The notes below the pieces were generated by a model that searched no databases, was not told the DNA's origin, and worked only from the letters and a program-made list of their open reading frames with translations. From Promethearchaeota archaeon (GTDB lineage Archaea; Asgardarchaeota; Lokiarchaeia; Sigyniarchaeales; SOKP01), in the NCBI GenBank assembly GCA_016840085.1, contig JAEOTA010000004.1, positions 64,001-128,000 of the forward strand: 64,000 bases of DNA. The letters run 5' to 3'. Both the position numbers and the translations under genes were made by a program. Each line of letters begins with the position of its first letter. Positions within the stretch are counted from its first letter, which is position 1. Below, in pieces: positions 17,429-27,331 of this stretch.

Positions 17429-19336
17429 TTAAGAAAGATCAAATGCAAATACGGTTGTTCCATCTTCAATTTTCTTAAGTTTAAGAGAATATCCTGAGCT
17501 ATTTATTATTTTTAACATAGCTTTATTTTCAAGTAAGATTGTCCCTCCAAATGTTTTATAATTAAGCTCTTTGCCAATTTTAACTAAATAATTTAATAAA
17601 AATTTTGTTATCCCAAATCCTCTCCAGTTTTTATGAACCACAAATGCTAATTCAGCAATTGAAGGTTGATATGCTTTAAAGAAAGCTCCCATTGCAACGA
17701 TTTTTTCTTCACCATTTTCACTGAATTCTCCTACTAAAATCATATCTGTGGCGTAATCGATATTGACCATTGGTTGGATTCTTCTATGCCGAAAATCTTT
17801 CATGGGTGTAAAGAATCTTAGATACCTATCTTTTTCATCTAATGAATAATGGAGCTCTTGTATCATTCTTTCATCAGTAGGTTTAACAGGCCGGATCTTT
17901 ATTTTTTTACCATTTTTAAGTTCTAAAACAGTCTCATACTTTTCTGGATAGACGCTTATTCTTCCATCAATAGAAAGGGGTAATTTTTGGTCTGTATAGA
18001 TATATTTCCATTTTTTTGCATGTTCTAATAATTCTTCTCGAAAATCAGGATGAGCAATATTGATCATTTCAAGAACTCTTTCTCTGACGCTTTTTCCATA
18101 GAGGTATGCTATCCCCCATTCGGTAACTACATAATGAATATCTCCTCTTGTTATTACTACACCCGAACCGGGCTCAAGAAAAGGTGATATTCTCGACACT
18201 ACAGTTCCATCTTTTAAAGTAGCAGTAGAGGGTAATACCATTATTGGTTTTCCTTCTTCAGCTCTCCCAGCACCTCTTACAAAATCAACTTGACCTCCTA
18301 TTCCACTATAAAATCTATGTCCTAGTGAATCTGAATTTACTTGACCTGTTAAATCCACACTTAAAGCTGCATTTATCGCAACTTGCTTCTTATTTTTACT
18401 AATAATAAAAGGATCATTTGTATAATCACAGGGATGGAATTCTACCATTGGATTATCATGAACAAAATCATACAACTTTTTTGAACCCATTACAAATGAG
18501 CATATAATTTTATCTCGATGTATGCTCTTTTTTTTACAGGTAATAACACCTTCTTCTACAAGTTCAACTATTCCATCTGAAAATACTTCACTATGAACAC
18601 CTAGATCTTTTTTATCAATTAATTCTCGTGTAACTGCATTTGGTATCTGTCCTATTCCCATTTGTATAGTAGATTCATCTTCAATTAAAGATGCTACAAA
18701 TTTTGCTATTTTGATAGAAACATCATCAAGCTCACCATAATTGAATTCAATTATCTCATGATCACTTAAAACAAAAGCATCAATATCATCCATATGTATG
18801 AAAGAATCACCTAAAGTACGAGGCATATTAGGATTAATCTCAGCTACCACATTTTCAGCCGATTCTGCAATTGGTTTAACAATATCTACGTTAATCCCAT
18901 AACTACAAAATCCATATCGATCTGGTGGACTAACTTGAATGAGTGCTGTATCCATATGCATCTTGCCAGATTTAAATAATTCTGGAATTTCTGAAAGCAA
19001 CATTGGAGTATAGTCTGCTTGTCCTCTCTCAATATATTTCCGTAAGGACTTTCCTATGAAAAATGCATTATGTCTAAATAAATCCTCTATTCCTCCAGCA
19101 GTTTCATAATAATCAAGGTCACTAAGGCTTAGAAAATGCAATATCTCTACATCAGGTAGCTTACGACCATATTCAATTAATTTCTTTGTAAGATCTAAGG
19201 GTTCTGCGCAACCAGAATCAATAAAAATTCGGTCACTTGGTTTAATATAATTTCTAATTGCATCATCAAGAGAGACTTGCTTTTTATTATAATCTTTTAT
19301 CAAACTAGAAATGTCTTGATTTGGAGTAAATGGCAT
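17429..19336 (-). CDS. acetyl-CoA hydrolase/transferase fused to a C-terminal GNAT domain
   Basis: QMGIGQIP, DLGVHSE, SGIGGQVDFVRGA, VVTEWG; GNAT IRPVKPTDE and AELAFVV...RGFG. Confidence 0.9.
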   Translation of the reverse strand: MPFTPNQDISSLIKDYNKKQVSLDDAIRNYIKPSDRIFIDSGCAEPLDLTKKLIEYGRKLPDVEILHFLSLSDLDYYETAGGIEDLFRHNAFFIGKSLRKYIERGQADYTPMLLSEIPELFKSGKMHMDTALIQVSPPDRYGFCSYGINVDIVKPIAESAENVVAEINPNMPRTLGDSFIHMDDIDAFVLSDHEIIEFNYGELDDVSIKIAKFVASLIEDESTIQMGIGQIPNAVTRELIDKKDLGVHSEVFSDGIVELVEEGVITCKKKSIHRDKIICSFVMGSKKLYDFVHDNPMVEFHPCDYTNDPFIISKNKKQVAINAALSVDLTGQVNSDSLGHRFYSGIGGQVDFVRGAGRAEEGKPIMVLPSTATLKDGTVVSRISPFLEPGSGVVITRGDIHYVVTEWGIAYLYGKSVRERVLEMINIAHPDFREELLEHAKKWKYIYTDQKLPLSIDGRISVYPEKYETVLELKNGKKIKIRPVKPTDERMIQELHYSLDEKDRYLRFFTPMKDFRHRRIQPMVNIDYATDMILVGEFSENGEEKIVAMGAFFKAYQPSIAELAFVVHKNWRGFGITKFLLNYLVKIGKELNYKTFGGTILLENKAMLKIINSSGYSLKLKKIEDGTTVFAFDLS

Positions 19337-19530
19337 TAAATCACTATATTTTTATATTAATTTCATTTAAATTAGTAGTTAAAGAATTTTAAATATATTT
19401 ACATAAGATTATTAGAGTAAATTATAAGTCTAAATCCTTTTTCACAAATTTTCAAATATTATTCTAAATGTATATTAACATAATTATTATAAGCGCAATA
19501 TTAAGAGAAATTAGCGAGAGTGTATTTAAA

Positions 19531-20160
19531 ATGTGTATATTATTTCTTTTTAATATAATAAGTCTTGTTTTAATAATGCCCTTATATTTTTTATCTGTTG
19601 AGCATTTAAAACTTCAGGAGAAATACGGAAAGGAGAAAGGATTACAAATTACCAAGATTTGTGGATTAATTTCAGGATGGGGTTTTTTCTTATTTTTATT
19701 TGGGATTTGGATTTCACCCCAGCCAAGATTTAGAATCTCATTCTTCCAAATCGCTTTAACTTTAATTCCAATTATCGGGTTTTCTATTTCGATTTTCCAG
19801 TTAATTATATCAGTTCCGCTTATTTTTATTGGTGCTTGGTTTGGGATTGTAGGTGTAAAAGAAATTACATTAAAAGTAGCTGAAACTCATAGACCAGAAA
19901 AAGTTATAAGTACAGGAATTTATTCCAAGATTAGGCATCCACAATATTTTGGTGCAATTCTATCTCATATTGGAATTACATTCTTGCTTTCCTCCTTTTA
20001 TTCACTATTGTCAACTCCTTTAATAGTTTTTATAATTTATCTTATGTCATGGAAGGAAGAAAAAGAATTAATAAGAGAATTTGGTAAAGAATACAAAAAT
20101 TATAAAGAAAATGTGCCAATGTTAATACCAAGATTAAGAGTCAAAGAATCTAAAAAATAG
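19531..20160 (+). CDS. isoprenylcysteine carboxyl methyltransferase / PEMT family membrane methyltransferase
   Basis: TGIYSKIRHPQYFG and EEKELIREFGKEY..Y...VP; start uncertain (19468 or 19531). Confidence 0.8.
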   Translation: MCILFLFNIISLVLIMPLYFLSVEHLKLQEKYGKEKGLQITKICGLISGWGFFLFLFGIWISPQPRFRISFFQIALTLIPIIGFSISIFQLIISVPLIFIGAWFGIVGVKEITLKVAETHRPEKVISTGIYSKIRHPQYFGAILSHIGITFLLSSFYSLLSTPLIVFIIYLMSWKEEKELIREFGKEYKNYKENVPMLIPRLRVKESKK

Positions 20161-20251
20161 AATTAAAATAATTGCATAATAATCAATAATAAAAAATTTA
20201 ATATTTTTCTAAAATTTATAAAAATATACCCATTGATTTTCAAAGTTACAT

Positions 20252-20590
20252 ATGTCAAATGATAGAGTTGAAATCGCGGATTTAGAAGCATTTATCGATG
20301 GTTTAAAGGTTTCAATTGACACCTTAGAAGATGTTGATCCAAGTAAAGCTAAAGGGTTTCAAGCGCAACTAGCGAAAGCTATTTCTGATTTAAGAATAAA
20401 AAGAGCTGCTAAAATTGAACCGCTACCCGAACATATAGGTCATTTCACTAAGGAGGATCTAAAGAATTATTTATTAAAAGAATTAGAATCCTTGCAAGAT
20501 CATTTGGATTCTACCGATTATAATTGGAGTAGAAAATTTGATTTGGTAAAAAAAATCGCTCTATTAAGAGAACAGATAAATTCAATGTAG
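20252..20590 (+). CDS. hypothetical helical protein
   Basis: 112-aa ORF with ATG start, directly upstream of tatD. Confidence 0.6.
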   Translation: MSNDRVEIADLEAFIDGLKVSIDTLEDVDPSKAKGFQAQLAKAISDLRIKRAAKIEPLPEHIGHFTKEDLKNYLLKELESLQDHLDSTDYNWSRKFDLVKKIALLREQINSM

Positions 20591-20618
20591 TTTTTCTTTT
20601 TTTTAAAAGGTGTTTATT

Positions 20619-21374
20619 ATGTTAATTGATATTCATTGTCATGCCAATCTATTCTTAGTTTTAGATGAGGTACTTAAAGAAGCTAAAAATGTAGGAGTAG
20701 AAAAGATAATTTCTGTTGGGATGAGCTTTACTAGTTTAGGAAGAATATTAGAAATATGTGACAAATATGATACAATTTATCCTGCGTTAGGAATCCATCC
20801 TGAAGAAGTGAAGATGAATAAAGATATTAAAAATCAATTAGATTTAATAGTGGATATTATAAAAAAAAATAATGAAAAAATCTGCGCTATAGGCGAGATC
20901 GGTTTAGATCATCATTTTGTTAAAGAAAAGGAGCTATATCCTCTTCAAGAGGATATCTTTAAGATTATGCTTAGATTAGCTCAAGAATTGAAGTTACCTA
21001 TTAATTTACATACAAAGGGGGCAGAAAAATTAGTATTTGACATACTCCCCTCATATACTATCCCCCATATTAATATTCATTGGTATTCTGGACCTGAACA
21101 ATTTTTAAATTTAGGAATTGATCGAGGATACTATTTTTCAATTACTCCTGCTATCAGTTATTCACCTGCAGTTAAAAATACTGTCTTAAAAGTTGATAAA
21201 GAATTCATTCTTCTCGAAAGTGATGGACCGGTAAAATATTCTGGAAAAATCGGCACTCCTGCAATGATTAAAGACGTGTTAAATACAATCTCTAAGTTAA
21301 AGAAAATTGATACTAAAGAATTAGAAAAGCAAATAGAAAATAATACGAAATTAGTTTTCCCCAAAATCTTTTAA
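20619..21374 (+). CDS. tatD: TatD family deoxyribonuclease
   Basis: DIHCH, GIHP, GEIGLD, LH, HW, LESDGP. Confidence 0.9.
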   Translation: MLIDIHCHANLFLVLDEVLKEAKNVGVEKIISVGMSFTSLGRILEICDKYDTIYPALGIHPEEVKMNKDIKNQLDLIVDIIKKNNEKICAIGEIGLDHHFVKEKELYPLQEDIFKIMLRLAQELKLPINLHTKGAEKLVFDILPSYTIPHINIHWYSGPEQFLNLGIDRGYYFSITPAISYSPAVKNTVLKVDKEFILLESDGPVKYSGKIGTPAMIKDVLNTISKLKKIDTKELEKQIENNTKLVFPKIF

Positions 21375-21483
21375 GGAATAATTATAGTCATATCTCTTAT
21401 TTTAATCAATTATTAAAATTATAGCATCTAATATTTTCTTGGAAAAATGTTTTTAATTCTTTTCTAATTTAGTATTTAATTAG

Positions 21484-22359
21484 TTAATTAGTTTTGTTGG
21501 CGATAATAAATACATGATATTCTGGTACAACTGGTTCATCAATTCCAACATATTTAGTTAAAATCACTTCAAATCCATATGATTTCAGAAGTTTTTCCCA
21601 TTCTTTCACCTTAAGAAAATTGATAGGTATATTGATATCTTCGTCCCCAATTACTCGATTGTAAAACCAATCAAAAAAACTGTTAGTAATCCTAAATTCA
21701 TCATCCTCAATATAAGCTTCTTTGATTAATAAGCGCTGTTTGGTTACTCTTGCTGCTTCTTCCAATAAATGTTTGGGATCGCTCGCGTGATGTAATACAG
21801 TATAGAGAATGGTAGTATCTACTTCCTCATCTGCTAGAGGTACTTTTCCCTTTGGATTGTATAAAATTAATGGTAGATCTGTATAATTATAATCTACAAT
21901 ATCAACTAGCACAACTTCTTTATTAAGTTGTTCTCTTACTTCTAAGGCTAAAAGCCCATTTCCTGCACCAAGATCAAGTATCTTATTTCCTACGATATAA
22001 TTTTTTATTTTTTCAAACCTCTCTTTAGCATTTTTGAATTCTTTAGGCTTTAGATCTTTTTCATTATCTGCATGTTTTCTGATAAATTTTCTCAGTGTTT
22101 CTTCAACTTTAATAAGAGAAATTCCTTTTTTCAGACCTTTAGTAATGATTCTGTTCACATATAACCAAAAAATATGTCTTTTAAAATAATCCAAACCAGC
22201 ATTTTTCATGGCAGATAAAAATAATGACCGAATTTCATTCCAATAATGCTTATCTTTTTCATTTTTCTTAGAAAATATTGGATATATGAGACTTTCCACA
22301 AGATCTATATCATTTTGATTAGTAGGTTGGTAAAATTTAATTGTTTCTTCTTGAATCAT
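21484..22359 (-). CDS. class I SAM-dependent methyltransferase
   Basis: ILDLGAGNG, VLHH, EAARV. Confidence 0.85.
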   Translation of the reverse strand: MIQEETIKFYQPTNQNDIDLVESLIYPIFSKKNEKDKHYWNEIRSLFLSAMKNAGLDYFKRHIFWLYVNRIITKGLKKGISLIKVEETLRKFIRKHADNEKDLKPKEFKNAKERFEKIKNYIVGNKILDLGAGNGLLALEVREQLNKEVVLVDIVDYNYTDLPLILYNPKGKVPLADEEVDTTILYTVLHHASDPKHLLEEAARVTKQRLLIKEAYIEDDEFRITNSFFDWFYNRVIGDEDINIPINFLKVKEWEKLLKSYGFEVILTKYVGIDEPVVPEYHVFIIANKTN

Positions 22360-22388
22360 TTATTTTTCACATCCATTAAATTTTTAAA

Positions 22389-22410
22389 TAAGTGAGTATT
22401 TACTCACTTA
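22389..22410. promoter_or_regulatory. perfect 10-2-10 palindrome TAAGTGAGTA-TT-TACTCACTTA, putative TetR operator
   Basis: Lies in the divergent promoter between the methyltransferase and TetR genes, next to a TTTAAATA TATA-like box. Confidence 0.7.
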
Positions 22411-22448
22411 TAAACTTTATGAGCAATTGCTCCTTTAATATTACTATA

Positions 22449-23063
22449 ATGTCAAGTAAAAAATTTTCACGAAATAAAAAAGATAAAATTAACCTGATTT
22501 ATGATACATTTTTTAAACTAATCTTAAAAAAGGGTTATCACAAAACCAGTACAAATCATATCGCAAAATCAGCTAAAGTTAGTATTGGTACGATCTATAG
22601 ATATTTTCCGAAAGGGAAAGAAGATATTATAAGAAAATATTTTGAGGAATCGATGGGAAACTTTTTGGACAGTCAGGATTTAAGTATTGTGAATGATGAA
22701 AATATAAGAGATTTTCTCAATCGTTTTGTTTTAGATTTATATAAGAATCACGAAGAAAATAAAGGATATAATCTAGCTTTTAGATCTGCTATACAATCCG
22801 ATAAAAAATTGTATAATTCACACAAAGAGAAAATTTTAATTTTTTTTAAAGATACAGTGCAGAAATTAAGGAAGACAAATAAAAACTTTAAACAAATACC
22901 TGAGGATAGATTGGTTGAAACATTTACCTTTATTTATAATCTTATAAATGCGATTTTATATCATCATTTATCTATAATGGAATTATTTGATACAGAGGAT
23001 AAAATTGTCGAATATCTTTCAAATTTAGTAATTTTTTCATTGAAGTATTTACTTAATAATTAA
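22449..23063 (+). CDS. TetR/AcrR family transcriptional regulator
   Basis: GYHKTSTNHIAKSAKVSIGTIYRYFP HTH; start placed at MSSKKF. Confidence 0.88.
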   Translation: MSSKKFSRNKKDKINLIYDTFFKLILKKGYHKTSTNHIAKSAKVSIGTIYRYFPKGKEDIIRKYFEESMGNFLDSQDLSIVNDENIRDFLNRFVLDLYKNHEENKGYNLAFRSAIQSDKKLYNSHKEKILIFFKDTVQKLRKTNKNFKQIPEDRLVETFTFIYNLINAILYHHLSIMELFDTEDKIVEYLSNLVIFSLKYLLNN

Positions 23064-23084
23064 AGATATATTAAAAAATTGTAT

Positions 23085-24110
23085 CTATGATTTTTCTTCT
23101 CTTTCCATTATTTGAATAATTTCTTTAGGTAATTCTCCTCTGCTTTTCATTCGATCTAGCATATCTTTTATTTCAGAAAACGTATTACCATAAATATGAA
23201 GTGAATTGCTAAAATCTAAATAGTGACCCATCTCAACATCGAGCTCATCAGCAATACTCTTTTGAATTCTTATCATTCCATTAACATTGGCTTCCCAAGC
23301 TCGGAATAGGTCTCGGCTCCTCCAGGTTGTTTGCATAATTAGTTGTCCGTTTTTAATTCGCATAAATACTCTCTGAAGACAGGGAGGATCCACATGATAT
23401 GGATCCACTAATGGTCGCCAGGTTATAGCTTGCGCTCTGCGTGAATAAGGCTTTTCTTTTAATTTCTGTATAATATATTCCATTTGATTAATTCTTGGAA
23501 AATTAAACACTGCGATAGGAATTTTCTCAAATCCTACTTGTTCAGAGATTTTTTTATCTAAATCAAATTCTACTCCATTTTTTAATTTCCAAATATTAGA
23601 TTCAGCAGTGCTTCTAATTTTCTCCGCTTTTATCAATTTCTTATGAGTTTTTACAAAATCATTATCAACTAGTTCTAAATCATAATTTTTATGAATACTA
23701 TCTTCAAGAGAAAAAGGAGAATAGTTAAAAACTCTATCATGGTAAGAATAAGGAAAACTTACATCAGAATCAAATAAAAAGTGATCATTCACACCTTCCA
23801 TGATTTCTTCGATATAACCACTCTGTATTGAGCCTATTAAATATGTGTCTGCTATACAACCAAATACTTCATATGAATTACCAAATTTTGATCTAATTTT
23901 CATAATTTTATCCTTTCTCATTATTGGATCACTCATAGGGTAGTTAATCTCAATTAATACAGAAGCATCTTTAGAAGGAGGATCCTCTGGTTTATCATAT
24001 TCTGTTTTTATATCATCTCCATTATATAATACTTGCCCTATAGCAGAAAGCCACGCGTCTCGAACATTAGGTTTTGAAATAAAAAAAACTTTAGCCACTT
24101 TTGAACACAC
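23085..24110 (-). CDS. thyA: thymidylate synthase (archaeal ThyA-like) with internal insertion
   Basis: YSYHDR, SRRAQAITW, PPCLQ catalytic Cys, WRSRD, SLHIY. Confidence 0.8.
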   Translation of the reverse strand: MCSKVAKVFFISKPNVRDAWLSAIGQVLYNGDDIKTEYDKPEDPPSKDASVLIEINYPMSDPIMRKDKIMKIRSKFGNSYEVFGCIADTYLIGSIQSGYIEEIMEGVNDHFLFDSDVSFPYSYHDRVFNYSPFSLEDSIHKNYDLELVDNDFVKTHKKLIKAEKIRSTAESNIWKLKNGVEFDLDKKISEQVGFEKIPIAVFNFPRINQMEYIIQKLKEKPYSRRAQAITWRPLVDPYHVDPPCLQRVFMRIKNGQLIMQTTWRSRDLFRAWEANVNGMIRIQKSIADELDVEMGHYLDFSNSLHIYGNTFSEIKDMLDRMKSRGELPKEIIQIMEREEKS

Positions 24111-24384
24111 TCATAAATTATTTTATGCTCACATTGATATAGAGATTCTTCTATTACAATAATTAGTATTTATCTGTTAAATAATTAATAACCCTTAGTC
24201 GAATTTTATAAAATTTTAATTAATATTTTTGTAATTAGTTTTTTGACAAACCTTCATCAAAATATTTATAAAACCTAAATTAACATTATTTTATTATAGG
24301 AATATATTGATTAACTTACAAATCTCATTCAAAAATTTAAATAATAAGAGTAAAATAATTAAATAAACTATAGGATGAAGTATA

Positions 24385-24582
24385 ATGGGTGACGATGAGA
24401 AGAAAAAGAAAAAAGGTTTTGGAAAGTCATTAAAGAAAGGTTTTGCGAAAGGTTTAGGTAAAATAGTGGAAAGTGTTTCTGGCTCCGAAGCAGCAGGCGC
24501 TGGCGTTAAGAAAGCTGTCAAGAAAGGCAGTATTAAGAAAGGAATTAAAAAGGGTCTTAAAGAAGCCAAAGAAGATGATTAA
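24385..24582 (+). CDS. small Lys/Gly-rich protein (65 aa)
   Basis: ATG with upstream AGGA, GC-elevated codons relative to flanks, repeated KKG units. Confidence 0.6.
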   Translation: MGDDEKKKKKGFGKSLKKGFAKGLGKIVESVSGSEAAGAGVKKAVKKGSIKKGIKKGLKEAKEDD

Positions 24583-24702
24583 TTTATTCTAAATTGACCT
24601 ACTAAATTATTATCTATTTTTATTTTTTATTAACAACAAATTTTTAATAATTATTTTGTTTTAAATTCTTAAGATAATCAAACTGATGGCTTTAATTATA
24701 AT

Positions 24703-24993
24703 ATGAAATTGCATCTTGAATTCTCTCCCCCATTTAATGAAGTTACTAAAAAGTTATTTGAAACATTTGAATTTGATAAAGAGTTAATTCTAAAAGAATT
24801 ATTAGAATTCTTTCATGAGACGTATGGAAAAGCTTTTACTGATTTAGTCTGGGAAAAAGGAAAAAAAGGGGAATTTAATAAGCTTCTTTCTCTGATTATA
24901 AATGGACATAGTTATCGTCATGATAAATTTTTAAACACTATTTTAAAAGATGGTGATCAGATAGTCTTTATTTACATTTATTTTGGCGGTTAA
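24703..24993 (+). CDS. MoaD/ThiS/SAMP ubiquitin-like protein
   Basis: IING...LNTILKDGDQIVF..YFGG with C-terminal diglycine. Confidence 0.85.
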   Translation: MKLHLEFSPPFNEVTKKLFETFEFDKELILKELLEFFHETYGKAFTDLVWEKGKKGEFNKLLSLIINGHSYRHDKFLNTILKDGDQIVFIYIYFGG

Positions 24994-25008
24994 ACCTTTT
25001 TTTAAAGT

Positions 25009-26040
25009 TTATAAAATTATTATTAACCACATTCCAAATCCAGTTAACATTGGATTCAAAATATTATCAGAAATATAATTAGCAAATGCATCTACTAATA
25101 AAAATAAAGTTGTAGCCACTATCGCCATTAAGATGATTTTTTCTATGGATATAGGTATCCACGCATAATATATCATAGGAATAATAAGCACTATTAATAA
25201 TGTTGCTAATCCACCTGCAATAAAACCCTCAACAGTCTTATCCGAATTCTTTCTTAAACTACGTTTTCCAAATTTTTTTCCTATTACACAAGCAGCAGCG
25301 TCAGCTCCGGTTGCTATTAAAGCAACCATTCCAAAAATAGGAAATGGCGCAAAGAGGAAGGGAGTAAATGATAATACTAATGCTGTAGAGGCGATAAAGG
25401 TACATTGCTCTTCCTGTCGCATAGACATATACCATCGCTTACTCCATTTAGGAAGTAAGTAGAATTTGTTTAGTCGTGCTAGATCTCCTATTTGAAACAT
25501 AATAACGAAACCAAAACCCACAGTTATGATCAACCAATATGAAAAACTATAATTATCTAAACCCCATTGGGTCAGAAGTCCAAGATCATCAAGAACAAGT
25601 CCTAACGTCCAAAAGAAAAAGATTACAAAACATGTAAATAAATGTAAAAATTTCCTACCAAATTCATTTTTCAAATCATCTACCCAATTTTTGTTGAATT
25701 CTTCACAATATTTATTATAATCTCTCTCTGCCATAATTTCGGGATTTCTTTGAGAAATGATTCCATTATAAAGTAACATAATTACCCATATTCCCATCTC
25801 AACTATAAAAAAGGTTGATGTAAATAACCATAAATAATTCAATGAATTTTGACTTAAATCAGGTGAATGAAATTGATACATAAAAGGAAAAAGAACTCCA
25901 GCTATCAAAAATAGTAAAGCAATTAAAATTTCATTTATAATTAAATGATTTTCTATTTTGATTTTTCTGTTTTTAAATATGTAAATTAAAGTTAAAATTG
26001 AATACCCAATTAAAATGATGCTTGTAGGTAAATAATACAT
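25009..26040 (-). CDS. CTP-dependent polyprenol/diacylglycerol kinase family membrane protein (dolichol/phytol kinase-like)
   Basis: RKFLH, ADAAACVIGKKFG, KTVEGF, DNILNP. Confidence 0.75.
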   Translation of the reverse strand: MYYLPTSIILIGYSILTLIYIFKNRKIKIENHLIINEILIALLFLIAGVLFPFMYQFHSPDLSQNSLNYLWLFTSTFFIVEMGIWVIMLLYNGIISQRNPEIMAERDYNKYCEEFNKNWVDDLKNEFGRKFLHLFTCFVIFFFWTLGLVLDDLGLLTQWGLDNYSFSYWLIITVGFGFVIMFQIGDLARLNKFYLLPKWSKRWYMSMRQEEQCTFIASTALVLSFTPFLFAPFPIFGMVALIATGADAAACVIGKKFGKRSLRKNSDKTVEGFIAGGLATLLIVLIIPMIYYAWIPISIEKIILMAIVATTLFLLVDAFANYISDNILNPMLTGFGMWLIIIL

Positions 26041-26089
26041 GATGTTAACCTTTAAAGTCTAATAATATAAAAATTTTTACTACTAAATA

Positions 26090-27193
26090 TTAAATCCACG
26101 CTAAAATAATTGTATAGAAATCTAATTTAAAGAAGAATCGAACAAATATATAAAGTAACCCACATCCAATAGGGATTAATAAATTATCTGACAAGTTAAT
26201 TGGTTTTCTGGTTAAGATATCAGAAATTAGGAAGGTAATAGAAAATATAATTGACCAGAAATGACCAACAAAGAAGAAACATATCGCATAAGTTGTTAAT
26301 GTACCTGCTATTGTACCTTCCCAGGTCTTTCTTTCATTCCAAGAAATATGATGTTTCCCATAGCGTATTCCAATTTGGCTCGTCATTAAATCGGCAATTG
26401 AGCTTATACCTAATATTGCAAAAAATATCATTGGAGGGCAAATAAAAGCTACGAACATGTGTCCGATTGCATAATAAAGGTAAGTTCCATAATTTTCTTT
26501 TTCTTCTTCAGTTAGATAAATTTTGGGAAACATAGTAAAAGGGAAAGAAAAAAACCGAGATTTTCGGCTATATTCATTTGTAATCATTATTAAACATATC
26601 GTATAAAAAAAGAAAAATAGAAGATAATAAAACCATCCCAATGCATACATAACTTCAGCAATAGAATCTTGTTCGTTAAATATTTGCAAATATAATAAAA
26701 GCATATTATTTTCTTCAGGAATCATTCCTGCTGAGCTACCTGTATAAAATTGTACAACATATAACCCAATATACCAAACAATAAATAGAGCAACAAAAAT
26801 TAATACGTGATTCAATTTCCGGAGTGTATCTTTCTTCGCTTTACTCAAATTCTTTTGTTTTAATTCTAATTTTTCTGAAAAATTGGAAAGATCTTTCTTT
26901 AAAACTCGTTTACATATTTGCTCTATTCCAGTAGAAATTATTAATAAAAATAGAACTACTAATAAAGGTATTCCAAGCGACAATAACCACAAAGGCATTA
27001 TAGATGAACGGAGCTCAGTATCTTGATTCATTAATAATAAAAACAACAGAATATGGATAAATACCAAAAATAATGCACTAAATCCAAAAATATTATTAAG
27101 AATATCCTTCCTAAGTGAAAGATACATATAATTAAAGAGGATAACTAAATAAGAAAACAAAAAAAAAATAAACCAAAAAAAGAAATATTCCAT
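26090..27193 (-). CDS. second CTP-dependent polyprenol/diacylglycerol kinase family membrane protein
   Basis: RKLNH, ADLMTSQIGIRYG, KTWEGT, DNLLIP. Confidence 0.75.
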   Translation of the reverse strand: MEYFFFWFIFFLFSYLVILFNYMYLSLRKDILNNIFGFSALFLVFIHILLFLLLMNQDTELRSSIMPLWLLSLGIPLLVVLFLLIISTGIEQICKRVLKKDLSNFSEKLELKQKNLSKAKKDTLRKLNHVLIFVALFIVWYIGLYVVQFYTGSSAGMIPEENNMLLLYLQIFNEQDSIAEVMYALGWFYYLLFFFFYTICLIMITNEYSRKSRFFSFPFTMFPKIYLTEEEKENYGTYLYYAIGHMFVAFICPPMIFFAILGISSIADLMTSQIGIRYGKHHISWNERKTWEGTIAGTLTTYAICFFFVGHFWSIIFSITFLISDILTRKPINLSDNLLIPIGCGLLYIFVRFFFKLDFYTIILAWI

Positions 27194-27331
27194 AACTAAA
27201 CTTGTTTATAAGTATATATTAAATATATGCATTTTCTCATAGACTTATATTATTAATTTCAGAATAAACTCTTTAATAAAATTTACAAAAAAATTAATCT
27301 TATAATTAGATAGTATAAAATTTCCTTCTCT

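Noticed and set aside
23495-23720. Mini-intein in thyA
   Set aside because: No C-terminal His-Asn followed by Cys/Ser/Thr and no recognisable intein block A/B motifs.
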